Assembly: GCA_964291655.2 (NCBI GenBank)
Contig: OZ219802.1
Span: 256,001-320,000, forward strand
DNA length: 64,000 nucleotides
DNA from: Chloroflexota bacterium
Lineage (GTDB): Bacteria; Chloroflexota; UBA11872; VXOZ01
Direction of reading: 5' to 3'
A program made the translations under genes and the position numbers. This document shows positions 27,401 to 37,474 of this stretch, one piece after another. How positions within the stretch are numbered: position 1 is the first letter of the stretch; every line of letters starts with the position of its first letter. The notes under the pieces were generated by a model. The model was not told the origin of the DNA. It saw only the letters and a program-made list of their open reading frames with translations, and did no database searches.

Positions 27401-28795
27401 ATGGATGCAGTTCGCAAGTTTTCCCGCCGATCCATAATGACCGGCATGGCAAGTCTGGGCTTTGGCGCCGCGGCCCTGGCCGCCTGCGGTCAAGTAGCTA
27501 CGGCTCCCGCAGATGCTCCAGAACCAGTTGAGGAGGCACAGCCGGAGCCGACGGCGGCGCCGGAGGCCATGGAGCCGACGATTATCAAGTACATGCACTT
27601 CACCACCCAACAGGAGGTGTGGGACAACACCTATGGCGCGGTCATCGACCGCTACGTTGAGCGCAATCCGGACGTGCAGGTTGAACTCGATATCGTAACG
27701 TGGCCTCTGACGGACGTGGCGGTGAAAGCGGTCGCGGCTAGCGCCGCCGGCATCTCATATGACATGTACTACGGCTGGTTTGGCTACATCAGCCAGTTTG
27801 CAACTGCGGACATCATCCAGCCGCTCGATCCCTTCATCGCGAAGGATGCCGACGTGGACCTGTCCGAGTTCTACGAAGGCGCCCTCGAGCGGATCGGCGG
27901 CAATTTGTATGGCATCGCCTGGTTCCTGGGCGCTCGGTCGATTTGGTACAACGACGATATCATGACCAATGAGGGACTGACGTCTCCCGCCGACCTGGAT
28001 GCCGCCGGCAACCTGAATTGGGACACCCTTACCGATTTGGCAACAAAACTGACTACCCGCGAGGGCGCGAACGTGACACGCTGGGGACTGAGTTTCAATG
28101 GAAACGCCCATTCCAGCATCGTGATCGCGTTGAAGTCATGGGGCGCCGGCTGGTGGAATGAGGACTTTACCGCTCCAGCCATTGATTCCCCCGCAGCAGC
28201 CGACGCCGTGCAAACCGTGCTGGACCACGTTACCAAGCATCAGGTGCACCCGCCGCTCAACCGGAAGGAAACCGACGTTGCACCGAACTTTACCGAGCAA
28301 AAACTTGGCATGGTCCTGACCGGTCCCTGGTACACGCGAACCATCAACCAAGAGATTGTTGAGGGGCAAACGCCATTCAACGTCGATCTGGCGAATGTGC
28401 CGCTGGGTCCCGGCGGTCGCGGCACACCGTTGTTAATTAATGCCTTCTGGATCGCCAGGAGTTCGCCGCAGCCCGATGCGACGTGGGACTTCTACAAGTA
28501 CCTCATCAGTGAAGAGGTGCAGCCGGACTGGGCGAACCTGGGCGGCGGCCGCTTCCCGCCCAACCGCACCTACACGCCGGCCGTGCAGTATCCTTTCGAG
28601 AATGTGGAGACGTACAAGGCGATTGCCGATGTCAGTATCCCTCTGCGCCAGGCGGTAAAACAGTCCGACATCAACGGCGCATGGTCAGAGCTTTGGGGAC
28701 AGATGGAAGCGGGCGAAAAGACCGTTGCAGAGGCCGTAGCTGAGGCCCAACAGGTTTCCGCGATCGCGCTGCAAGAAGGCGGCTGCATCTGCTAA
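27401..28795 (+). CDS. ABC extracellular solute-binding protein (family 1), Tat lipoprotein
   Basis: 'FSRRSIM' twin-Arg, 'LAAC' lipobox, Pro/Ala linker, 'PLDPFI', 'IWYNDDI', 'WDFYKYL'. Confidence 0.88.
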   Translation: MDAVRKFSRRSIMTGMASLGFGAAALAACGQVATAPADAPEPVEEAQPEPTAAPEAMEPTIIKYMHFTTQQEVWDNTYGAVIDRYVERNPDVQVELDIVTWPLTDVAVKAVAASAAGISYDMYYGWFGYISQFATADIIQPLDPFIAKDADVDLSEFYEGALERIGGNLYGIAWFLGARSIWYNDDIMTNEGLTSPADLDAAGNLNWDTLTDLATKLTTREGANVTRWGLSFNGNAHSSIVIALKSWGAGWWNEDFTAPAIDSPAAADAVQTVLDHVTKHQVHPPLNRKETDVAPNFTEQKLGMVLTGPWYTRTINQEIVEGQTPFNVDLANVPLGPGGRGTPLLINAFWIARSSPQPDATWDFYKYLISEEVQPDWANLGGGRFPPNRTYTPAVQYPFENVETYKAIADVSIPLRQAVKQSDINGAWSELWGQMEAGEKTVAEAVAEAQQVSAIALQEGGCIC

Positions 28796-28887
28796 GCTGC
28801 CATCAGAAAATCTAAGTGACGAGTGTGGTGACAGGCGCCACGGTAGTGGGCGGCTGTCACCTGTATGGTCAAAAAGGAGCAGCAGCC

Positions 28888-30156
28888 ATGGCAATCAAGA
28901 CCCCCGTTGATACACGGCTCGCCATTGAAGGCGGCACGCCGGTGCGGTCGGCGGACGACCCCCTGCCGGGAATCTTTCCCCGCGACGTGCCGCAAGAGTC
29001 CTACGACAACATTCGAGAAGTTTTGGAAAAGGGCTTGTCTTCCGGCTACTTGCCGCGCTTTGAGCAGGAGTTCGCCGAGGTCAATGACGCGAAGTACTGC
29101 GTCGCTCTCGCCAATTGTACCGCTACTTTGCATACCATCATTGCGGCGATGGACATTGGGCCGGGCAAGGAAGTCATTGTGAACCCAATCACCGACCTTG
29201 GCTCGGTGGCCGGCATTATGGCCCAGGGCGCGATACCCATCTTTCCGGACGTGGACATTCGCACCGGCAACGTCACTGCCGAGACCATCGCGGCGGTCAT
29301 CTCGGAACGCACCGCGGCCATCATCGCGGTCCATTGGTACGGGCTGCTCTGTCCCATGGACGACATCGTGGCGCTGGCCAAGAAGCACAACATCCTTCTG
29401 ATCGAGGACGTGTGTCAGGCGCCATTGGCAAAATACAAGGGAATGAACGCGGGAACGTTGGGCGACGTGGGCGCCTTTTCGTTTGACGCCGAGAAACACC
29501 TTTCCGGCGGCCACGGCGGCGCGCTGCTGACGGACAACCAAGACATCGCCGACCGCGTCCATCTCTTCGGCGTCGCGCGCGGCGGCGTGCCCGTGGAACG
29601 CTACGGTCGCAAGCACGTGCGCTTTGGCCTGAACATGCGCTTCGGCGAGCTGGAAGCGGCCTTTGTGCTCGGCATGCTTCATATTCTCGAGGAGCAGAAC
29701 CAGCGGCGCCGCGAGACCACCGCTGCACTAAGTCAGCGGGTTGAAGAAGACATTCCCGGTCTGATCCCGCCCTACATCCCCGAGGGGGCCGACCACATCT
29801 ACTGGTATTACTACCTGCGCGTGGACCCGGATGCCTTTACCTGTGGCTTGTGGGACCTCTCCGACGCCCTCTTGGCCGAGGGCCTGAAAGCTGAGCCCGG
29901 ACCCTGGCAACTGGTGCCCGACAGCCACACGTTCCTGCACTCCAAGACAACTGTGGCCGGTGAATCGCAATGGCCATGGGACCATCCGATGAACGAGTTT
30001 GCCAAGGACATCGAATACAGCGCCGACATGGTGCCCATCGCCAAGGAGCACGTGGACACGACCATCCGCTGGAATTGGACGGATAAATATACCGACCAAG
30101 ACGTGGAAGACATGGCGACGATCTTGGCCAAGGTGACGGATCGCTACCGGGCGTAG
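28888..30156 (+). CDS. DegT/DnrJ/EryC1/StrS PLP aminotransferase
   Basis: 'LAIEGGTPV', 'NCTATLH', 'IEDVCQA', 'FSFDAEKHL' PLP-Lys; AAGGAG RBS. Confidence 0.9.
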   Translation: MAIKTPVDTRLAIEGGTPVRSADDPLPGIFPRDVPQESYDNIREVLEKGLSSGYLPRFEQEFAEVNDAKYCVALANCTATLHTIIAAMDIGPGKEVIVNPITDLGSVAGIMAQGAIPIFPDVDIRTGNVTAETIAAVISERTAAIIAVHWYGLLCPMDDIVALAKKHNILLIEDVCQAPLAKYKGMNAGTLGDVGAFSFDAEKHLSGGHGGALLTDNQDIADRVHLFGVARGGVPVERYGRKHVRFGLNMRFGELEAAFVLGMLHILEEQNQRRRETTAALSQRVEEDIPGLIPPYIPEGADHIYWYYYLRVDPDAFTCGLWDLSDALLAEGLKAEPGPWQLVPDSHTFLHSKTTVAGESQWPWDHPMNEFAKDIEYSADMVPIAKEHVDTTIRWNWTDKYTDQDVEDMATILAKVTDRYRA

Positions 30157-30204
30157 AGTCAAGAGTTTCGAGTTCCGCGCTCTCTTGGACTGAGACTCGG
30201 CAGC

Positions 30205-30323
30205 CGTTCGTGCCGAGTGGGCTTCATGAAGCCCTGGTCGAAACATGAACGGCTGCCGGAAGCTTGCGAAAAACCTCGGATGAACCTGTTCCGTTCAGCC
30301 TTCGACAAGCTCAGGCCGAACGG
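30205..30323. repeat. REP-like elements (CCGTTCGTG../TTCGACAAGCTCAGG family)
   Basis: CGGCAGCCGTTC..GAACGGCTGCCG inverted pair; CCGTTCAGCCTTCGACAAGCTCAGGCCGAACGG. Confidence 0.55.
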
Positions 30324-30414
30324 AACAGTCTTGTGGGCCCAGTAGCAGTCTTTTGGCTCCAGTAGACTGGAAAGCAACCAAGAACAGCCTGAGTTAGGCA
30401 GGGGGCCAAGTCTC

Positions 30415-31320
30415 ATGTATTCAAACGGCGCGCAATTCTGCCTTAGCATGACGTTCGACATTGAGATGTCCTATAACTTTCCCTACTGGGCATCCGATTA
30501 CGCTGACTACGGCGCAATCGATCCTCATGTGAAGCAATACGTCCACACAATGCTTGATGTCGCCAAGAAATACGACGTCAAGTTACAGTTCTTTATCGTT
30601 GGCAGCGCCTTGGAAGACCCAGACGTGGACTACCTCAAGCGGTTGGTAGCAGAGGGGCATGCCCTCGACAATCACACGTATCGGCACGTGAATGTAAAAG
30701 CGAAGCGTGTTGAAGACCTGCATCAGTCGTATCGGCGTGCGCCCTGGCGGGCCGGAAGTCTCACCCCCCTCGAGTGCTTACGTCACGAGATTAGGCAGAC
30801 CAGCAGGGGACTCCTCGAGCGGCTGGGTGTTGAAACGCGCGGCTTCCGCACACCCGGCGCGTTCGCCAATGGCTTGGAGGACATCCCTGAAGTGCAAGCA
30901 CTGCTCCAAGAGGAGGGTTTCCAGTTTGCCTCGGCGCACTACAAGTGTCCTACGGAACGCACGTGGCACCCTCCCCGTACCGAAATGGAAGCCGCCGTGC
31001 GTCTGAGCCTTGATTCGCTCCAGCCCTATCGCTATCCCAGCGGCCTACCCGAGATTCCAATGATGGGTCTGAGCGACGCCATTGCTTTTCGTTCGCTAGA
31101 CTTGGACCGTTGGGAGTACATTCACCATGCAACGATAGCGGTTGATCACGCGTACGAAAACGGCCAAATTCTGAGCCTCCTCGCGCATCCCTCATATCTC
31201 GCGGCCCGCGATCCCCACTGTGATATGCTTGACACCGTGCTGCGCCGCGCTCTCGACAAGCCCGGCGGCTGTTGGGTGGCAACAAACCAGGATATCAACC
31301 AGACAGTCTTGGCTGCCTAG
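30415..31320 (+). CDS. Polysaccharide deacetylase (NodB-like) family
   Basis: 'MTFDIE', 'GHALDNHTYRH', 'GFRTPG', 'LLAHP'. Confidence 0.82.
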   Translation: MYSNGAQFCLSMTFDIEMSYNFPYWASDYADYGAIDPHVKQYVHTMLDVAKKYDVKLQFFIVGSALEDPDVDYLKRLVAEGHALDNHTYRHVNVKAKRVEDLHQSYRRAPWRAGSLTPLECLRHEIRQTSRGLLERLGVETRGFRTPGAFANGLEDIPEVQALLQEEGFQFASAHYKCPTERTWHPPRTEMEAAVRLSLDSLQPYRYPSGLPEIPMMGLSDAIAFRSLDLDRWEYIHHATIAVDHAYENGQILSLLAHPSYLAARDPHCDMLDTVLRRALDKPGGCWVATNQDINQTVLAA

Positions 31321-31490
31321 ACCCAATCTGAGCAAAAAGCAAGCTTCAGATATCGAGTCGGTTTCGCCTATGCTGCTTCGGTTCTTTTTCCATCTTGCTT
31401 TCGGCAAATTGGGCGCACGATGAGTACTTGCGCTACCGGCCGGAGTAGCTATCAGGTTGCCCGACAGGACTGAACCGAATTGCAGGGAAC

Positions 31491-32942
31491 ATGGGCTCCA
31501 TCGCAGGCACAATCGTAGATGGGCAGAGCGGCAACAAACTTGCAGCCAAAGTTTCTGTGCAAGGCAACGGCGGACTCTTTCACGCCCCTGAAGGCTCTAT
31601 CGCAACTGTTGGGACAACCAATCCCTACTTCTATGCAGATGGATCGTTTGCGGTTGACCTTCCTCGCGGCCAGGCGGACGTCCGCGTAGAACGCGGCACG
31701 GAGTATGTGCCCCTGCACGTGACCGTGTCGGTGCCGCTGAAAGGCACAGTGAACCTCTCGCTGCCGCTGCAGCGGTGGATCCGCCTGGATAGCCAGGGCT
31801 GGTACCCGGGCAACACCCATATCCACTACCGTGAATTCGAATCCCGGCCAGAGGAACGCCTCCGCTTTGATTCCGAAGTCGAAGACCTCACCGTTACCGT
31901 AATCAGCGTGCTCCAACAGCAAGAATTCGCGTACGCCACCAACCGCTACCCTGTGGGACGTATGGAACATCCAACCAGACCTCACTGGGTGCTGGACGTG
32001 GGGGAAGAGACGCGACACAACAAAATACTCGGCGATAGTAGCTCCGGCTACGGCCACGTGATGCTCGTGCGGCTGCAGGAGCAGGTTGATCCCTTGAGTC
32101 GCGGTGTGCTGGTGGATGACTCCGATCCCGACTATCCACCACTAATGGATGCGTGCGATTCGGCCCAGGCACAAGGCGGGGTAGTAATCTGGTGCCATAA
32201 TGGCTGGGGCATGGAAGCGCCCATTGCGGCCTCGCTGCAGCGGATAGACGCGCTCAATCTCTTCGACCCGTATTGGCTCGACACCGAGTACGATCTCTGG
32301 TATCACTTATTGAATTGCGGCTTCAAGCTACCGGCCAGCACGGGCTCAGACTGGTTCATCTGTTCGGCAAACCGCGTGTACACACACCTGGAGCAGTCCT
32401 TTTCCTACGATGGCTGGCTGGAGACGCTCAAGGACGGTCGCTCCTTTATCACGAACGGGCCGGTGCTGGAACTTACCGTTGAGGGCCAGCCGCCGGGAGC
32501 AAGTCTCGACCTTCGCGCAAGACATCCAAAACAGGTCCGTGTTGAGGTGCGGTGGCAGGCACATCGAACCATCGAAAGCGTTGAGATTGTCATTAATGGC
32601 AGCGTGGAAGCAGGTGAGCGCGACTCCAACGGCAGCAGAGAAGGGGTCTTGAGCGCGACACTGGCCGCGCCGCACGACGGCTGGATTGCGGCCCGTTGCT
32701 CCGGCAAGAGCCGGGATAGCTACGGCCATGCCCAATGGGCCCATACGAGTCCGGTGTACCTTAGAACCGGCAGTAGAGCCCCCGCCGCCAGAGAGTCGGC
32801 ACAGTTCTTTGTCGCGCAGATCGAGCGGTCTCTCAAGTGGATCACGGAAGAGGGACGATTTGACGAGGCTTCCCACCGGCAGCGCATGCAGCAGCTCTTT
32901 CGCGAGGGCCGAGAGTCCTTCCTTCGCTTGGCGCGAGGGTAG
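31491..32942 (+). CDS. CehA/McbA-type PHP-fold metallohydrolase
   Basis: 'VERGTEY', 'GWYPGNTHIH', 'WYHLLNCGF', 'STGSD', 'GRSFITNGP', 'AHTSPVY'. Confidence 0.8.
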   Translation: MGSIAGTIVDGQSGNKLAAKVSVQGNGGLFHAPEGSIATVGTTNPYFYADGSFAVDLPRGQADVRVERGTEYVPLHVTVSVPLKGTVNLSLPLQRWIRLDSQGWYPGNTHIHYREFESRPEERLRFDSEVEDLTVTVISVLQQQEFAYATNRYPVGRMEHPTRPHWVLDVGEETRHNKILGDSSSGYGHVMLVRLQEQVDPLSRGVLVDDSDPDYPPLMDACDSAQAQGGVVIWCHNGWGMEAPIAASLQRIDALNLFDPYWLDTEYDLWYHLLNCGFKLPASTGSDWFICSANRVYTHLEQSFSYDGWLETLKDGRSFITNGPVLELTVEGQPPGASLDLRARHPKQVRVEVRWQAHRTIESVEIVINGSVEAGERDSNGSREGVLSATLAAPHDGWIAARCSGKSRDSYGHAQWAHTSPVYLRTGSRAPAARESAQFFVAQIERSLKWITEEGRFDEASHRQRMQQLFREGRESFLRLARG

Positions 32943-32993
32943 TATCCTTGTAAGTGAATTTTGCGGCGAGGTGAGTGAAGAAAGGGCAATCGA

Positions 32994-34244
32994 GTGACGG
33001 CAGTTGATACCAACGTTCAGTGGTTGCAGTGCGTGCGCTGCGATGAGCAACTTGCCATTGGGGCACATGTGTTCGGGTGCCCCCGCTGTTTTCAAGAGGG
33101 CCGGCAAGGTCCGCTGGACTTTAGAGTTAACTTAGCAGACGGCATTCCCGCCAACTTTCAAGCGGCATGGGATGCCGGGCCGCAGCACAATATCTGGCGC
33201 TATGGGGACATGCTCCCGGCAGCAGAGCATCCCCTGAGCCTCGACGAAGGCGGCACGCCGCTGACTCACCTAGATGAGTTGAGCGATGAGCTTGGCCTAA
33301 ACGTCTACGTCAAGAACGAGACCATGAATCCGACGTGGTCGTTCAAGGACCGCCACGCTGCGGTGAATATCTCCATGGCGCGCCAACTTGGCTATTCCAA
33401 GGTGGTGGCATCTTCCACCGGCAACGCCGGCCAAGCTGTGGCGGCGTACGCGGCGCTTGCCGGATTGCGGTCGTTGATCATCGGATACCCTACCTCATCC
33501 GAACTGTTGCGCCGGGTCATGCAAATTCACGGCGCGTCGGTAGTAACTATGCCAAAGTCGGAGATCGGTACGATGATGCGGCAGCTTGTGGAAGACCATG
33601 GCTGGCTGCCGGTCGGCTCATCCGATCCAAACCCGCTCGCCAGTCCCTACGGCGTGACAGGGTACAAGACAATCGGCTATGAGGTTGCTAGCGCGCTCGG
33701 CGCGGCCCCGGACGCCATCCTGGTGCCCACTGGCGGTGGAGATAGCCTCTACGGCATCTGGCGCGGCTTGATCGACTTGCACGAAATGGGCCTTATCGAC
33801 CGCCTGCCGCGCATAGTGGGCTGTCAGACCGAGGCGACTCATCCGCTGCTCCATGCACTTACGCACAATCGGACTGAAGTCGAAGTACAGCCCGAGCCAG
33901 ACTCCCTTGCAACGTCAATCATCGAGGGACGCTGTGGCATGCACGCTCTGGGCGCTCTCCGCGCATCGGGCGGTACGGCAACCGCGGTTTCAGAAGATGA
34001 GTTGCGCCTGGCAATCCGCCGCATGGCCAGTCGCGGGTACTTCTTCGAGAGCGCCTCGCTCGCGACTATCGCCAGTCTTGTGCGGCTCCACGGTGAAGGA
34101 TACTTCAAAGCCGGTGAAACTGTCGTCTGTGTCATTACCGGCAGTGGGGTAAAGTGGCCTGACGTAATCAACCAACTTGTGCCTGCTGCGCCTCACTTGG
34201 AGCAGCCGAGCATTTCCGCTTTGGCGGATGTAATTGCACTGTGA
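32994..34244 (+). CDS. Threonine synthase-like PLP enzyme
   Basis: CxxC..CxxC N-terminus, 'EGGTPL', 'NPTWSFKDR', 'SSTGNAG', 'VPTGGGD', 'ITGSGVK'. Confidence 0.85.
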   Translation: MTAVDTNVQWLQCVRCDEQLAIGAHVFGCPRCFQEGRQGPLDFRVNLADGIPANFQAAWDAGPQHNIWRYGDMLPAAEHPLSLDEGGTPLTHLDELSDELGLNVYVKNETMNPTWSFKDRHAAVNISMARQLGYSKVVASSTGNAGQAVAAYAALAGLRSLIIGYPTSSELLRRVMQIHGASVVTMPKSEIGTMMRQLVEDHGWLPVGSSDPNPLASPYGVTGYKTIGYEVASALGAAPDAILVPTGGGDSLYGIWRGLIDLHEMGLIDRLPRIVGCQTEATHPLLHALTHNRTEVEVQPEPDSLATSIIEGRCGMHALGALRASGGTATAVSEDELRLAIRRMASRGYFFESASLATIASLVRLHGEGYFKAGETVVCVITGSGVKWPDVINQLVPAAPHLEQPSISALADVIAL

Positions 34245-34263
34245 GAGAACAGAGGAAACCATT

Positions 34264-35769
34264 ATGAAGCAATCGCATCGGGTTGCCGTAGGCTCGATCT
34301 TGACCGAATGCAACCAGTTCGGCGGTAAGTTGATCGAGCGGGCCGAGTTCGCCCGCAGCCAACTCGCGCGCGGAAATGAAGTTATGTCAATCGCTGGCGG
34401 CGCTGTTGGCGGCATGTTGCAGACGCTAAAGGATCAGAACGCCGACATTGTGCCGCTCGTCGTGGCGAGCGCCTACCCCGGTGGGCCGATTGCGCACGAT
34501 TGCTATGACCGGCTCAAGACAGACCTGCTGGAAGATCTCAGCAATGCCCTGCCCGTGGACGGCGTGCTGCTGGCGCTGCACGGGGCGGCGGTCTCGACGG
34601 AAGTCGATGACGTGGAGGGCGACCTCATCACAGCCGCGCGGAAGATCGTAGGGCCGGATGTGCCAATCGTCGGGACGCTTGACCTGCACGCCAACGTGAC
34701 AACCCAGATGATGCGTCACGCCGACGGTCTCGTGGCGTGGGAGACATATCCACACGTTGACCCATACACTACCGGTGTGCGCGGGGCACGGCTCTTACTT
34801 GGAACACTCGACGGCGCATTTAAACCCGCCATGGCTATGGCCAAAGTGCCTATTTTTGCCAGCGCCATCAATGCGAGCACGGTGGGTGACGGCCCCTTTG
34901 CCAACGTGATGCGCCTGGCAAAGTCATTTGAAGAGCAACCGGGAATCCTGTCCACCAGCGCGTTGCACGCCCACGCGACAATTGATGTGCCGGAACTGGG
35001 CGGGGGCGGCCTGGTGATTACGGACGGCGATGAAGCGCGGGCAGTGGACCTGGCTCTACAGATTGCCAACCTCATGTGGGAGAAGCGCTTCGCCCTGGAG
35101 CCGGATACGCTCGCTCCTGAAGTGGCGGTTGAAGCGGGCCTCAAGATTCCAGGGGGTCCCGTCATCTTGATCGAGTGCGCTGACTGCGTCGGCGGCGGAG
35201 CTGCCGGAGACAGCGTGTTTACGGTCCCCGTGCTAACGGGATTGAGCGAGGGATTTGCGATCGTGCCGGTAGTCGACCCTGAAGCCGCAGCACTCTGTCA
35301 TGAAGCCGGTGAAGGCGGTACGGTCACGGTGGCACTGGGGCACAAGATCGATCCCCAGTGGGGCAGTCCGCAGACCATCTCCGGTGTCGTCAGATCCCTA
35401 AGTGATGGAAAGTTTCAGTATACTGGCGGCATCTGGGCAGGCGAGTGGGCGACCATGGGGCCAACGGTGGTACTGGAGTGTGGCAGTGCTCAGATCTTGA
35501 TTACGACGTACGGCACGTATGAGTGGCGGGACGAGCAATTCCGCGCACTGGACATGGATATCGAAGGCGCAAAATTCATCGTCGCCAAGAATCCGATGAA
35601 CTATAGCCAAACCTATGGTGAATTTGCGCAAGGCGAATTCGTCCTGGATACGCCCGGCGCCACGCCGCCGACACTGCGGCACTTTACCTATCACAAGGCG
35701 CCGCGTCCTTATTTTCCAATCGCTACCGATATTCCAAATTTCGCCCCCACCGTCTTGCGCGGCACCTAG
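34264..35769 (+). CDS. M81 family metallopeptidase (MlrC-like)
   Basis: 'ECNQF', 'LALHGAA', 'DVEGDL', 'LDLHAN', 'TYPHVD'. Confidence 0.9.
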   Translation: MKQSHRVAVGSILTECNQFGGKLIERAEFARSQLARGNEVMSIAGGAVGGMLQTLKDQNADIVPLVVASAYPGGPIAHDCYDRLKTDLLEDLSNALPVDGVLLALHGAAVSTEVDDVEGDLITAARKIVGPDVPIVGTLDLHANVTTQMMRHADGLVAWETYPHVDPYTTGVRGARLLLGTLDGAFKPAMAMAKVPIFASAINASTVGDGPFANVMRLAKSFEEQPGILSTSALHAHATIDVPELGGGGLVITDGDEARAVDLALQIANLMWEKRFALEPDTLAPEVAVEAGLKIPGGPVILIECADCVGGGAAGDSVFTVPVLTGLSEGFAIVPVVDPEAAALCHEAGEGGTVTVALGHKIDPQWGSPQTISGVVRSLSDGKFQYTGGIWAGEWATMGPTVVLECGSAQILITTYGTYEWRDEQFRALDMDIEGAKFIVAKNPMNYSQTYGEFAQGEFVLDTPGATPPTLRHFTYHKAPRPYFPIATDIPNFAPTVLRGT

Positions 35770-35789
35770 CAAAAGGAGCACATGCACAA

Positions 35790-37196
35790 ATGTCCGGCGT
35801 CGACGTCAACGACATCCACTCACAACTCAATCCCACCACCGTTGATCGGGTCGTACCAGTTGACTCGTTGCAAGCAATCCAGTCTGCCATCGCCACTGCG
35901 CAGAGTGAAGGGAAGTCGCTCTCCATTGCCGGTGGGCGGCATGCGATGGGAGCGCAACAGTTCGGCAGCGACACAATTCTCATTGATACGGTGCCGCTGA
36001 ATCGGGTGCTGGACTTCGACGCCGATGCAGGATTAATCACAGTAGAAGCGGGCATCTACTGGCCGGAGCTCATCGCAGCCATTCGCCAAGCAGCGCCGGC
36101 GCATCCGACGCAATGGGCTATCGCTCAGAAGCAGACCGGGGGAGACCGGATGAGCATGGGCGGTGCGCTGGCAGCTAACGTGCACGGCCGTGGTCTCCGC
36201 ATGCGACCGATAATCGCTGACGTTGAATCGTTCGTTCTGGTTGATGCCACCGGGAATGCCTTGAATTGCAGCCGCTCAGAAAACAGTGAACTCTTTCGAC
36301 TGGTAGTTGGAGGATACGGGCTTTTCGGCGTGGTCTATAGCGTAACGCTGCGGCTTGTGCCGCGACAGAAGCTCCGGCGCGCCGTCACTGTAATCGATAT
36401 TGATGAACTCATGCCGGCATTTGCGCAACGGATCGAGGAAGGTTTCCTCTACGGCGACTTCCAATACTCAATTGACGAATCGTCTGAAGGCTATCTGACG
36501 AAGGGTGTGTTTTCCTGCTACCGTCCGGTCGCGCCGGATACGCCAATTCCGGCGGAGCAGCGGGAGCTTTCCGTTGACGATTGGCGGCGCTTGATTCTCT
36601 TTGCCCACGTGAATAAGCCGCAGGCATTTGAGCAGTACGTTGCGCACTACCTCGCGACCAACGGCCAGATATATTGGTCGGACCTGCATCAGCTCGGCTA
36701 CTACGAGGAAAACTACCACCGCATGCTCGACCAATACGTCGGCGCTGCGGCGCCGGCAACGGAAGTAATTACCGAAGTCTATGTGCCGCGCCAATCCCTG
36801 GCGGCTTTTATGCGTGACGTTCGCGAGGATTTCCGGCAACACAAGACTGAAGTCGTCTATGGCACCATCCGTCTTGTGGAACGTGATGAGGAGAGCTTTC
36901 TGGCCTGGGCGCGAGAGAGCTTTGCCTGCGTCATCTTCAATCTTCATTTGTCCCATACACCGGAAAGTCAGGCAAGCGCCGCGGCAGCGTTCCGCCGCCT
37001 GATTGACCGGGCAATCCAGTACGACGGCAGCTACTACCTGACATACCACAAGCACGCCACCCGCGCGCAGGTGGAGGAGTGCTATCCACAGTTACCGGAG
37101 TTTCTCCAACTGAAGCGGCGCTACGATCCGGGCGAGCGATTCCAAAGCGACTGGTATCGCCACTACGCCGCGATGTTTGCTGACTCGATGGGCTAA
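35790..37196 (+). CDS. FAD-binding (PCMH/VAO-type) oxidoreductase
   Basis: 'GGRHAMG', 'VEAGI', 'GGALAANVHGR', 'ELFRLVVGGYGLFG', 'YDPGERF'. Confidence 0.85.
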   Translation: MSGVDVNDIHSQLNPTTVDRVVPVDSLQAIQSAIATAQSEGKSLSIAGGRHAMGAQQFGSDTILIDTVPLNRVLDFDADAGLITVEAGIYWPELIAAIRQAAPAHPTQWAIAQKQTGGDRMSMGGALAANVHGRGLRMRPIIADVESFVLVDATGNALNCSRSENSELFRLVVGGYGLFGVVYSVTLRLVPRQKLRRAVTVIDIDELMPAFAQRIEEGFLYGDFQYSIDESSEGYLTKGVFSCYRPVAPDTPIPAEQRELSVDDWRRLILFAHVNKPQAFEQYVAHYLATNGQIYWSDLHQLGYYEENYHRMLDQYVGAAAPATEVITEVYVPRQSLAAFMRDVREDFRQHKTEVVYGTIRLVERDEESFLAWARESFACVIFNLHLSHTPESQASAAAAFRRLIDRAIQYDGSYYLTYHKHATRAQVEECYPQLPEFLQLKRRYDPGERFQSDWYRHYAAMFADSMG

Positions 37197-37474
37197 GTAC
37201 TGTCACCATTCACCAGTGGTTTAGGGTCGGAGGCGGCAGCCGTGTCCGTCGACAGTTGTATGCTAAGACGCTCCAAGCGTAATGTTGTCCGAAGACATGC
37301 ACTACGTGACGCGTTGTCACGTAGTCAACGTTAAGTTAGGGTGTGGCAATTCTTACGTCTGCACGAGCGCTGCGTCTAACACTGTGAATGTTTACGGTGC
37401 TGATGTCCCATTTGGCGTAGGGTCCAAGATACGTCCGGCTATGCGAACTAACGCCCAGCGAGGAGTAGTGCTCC

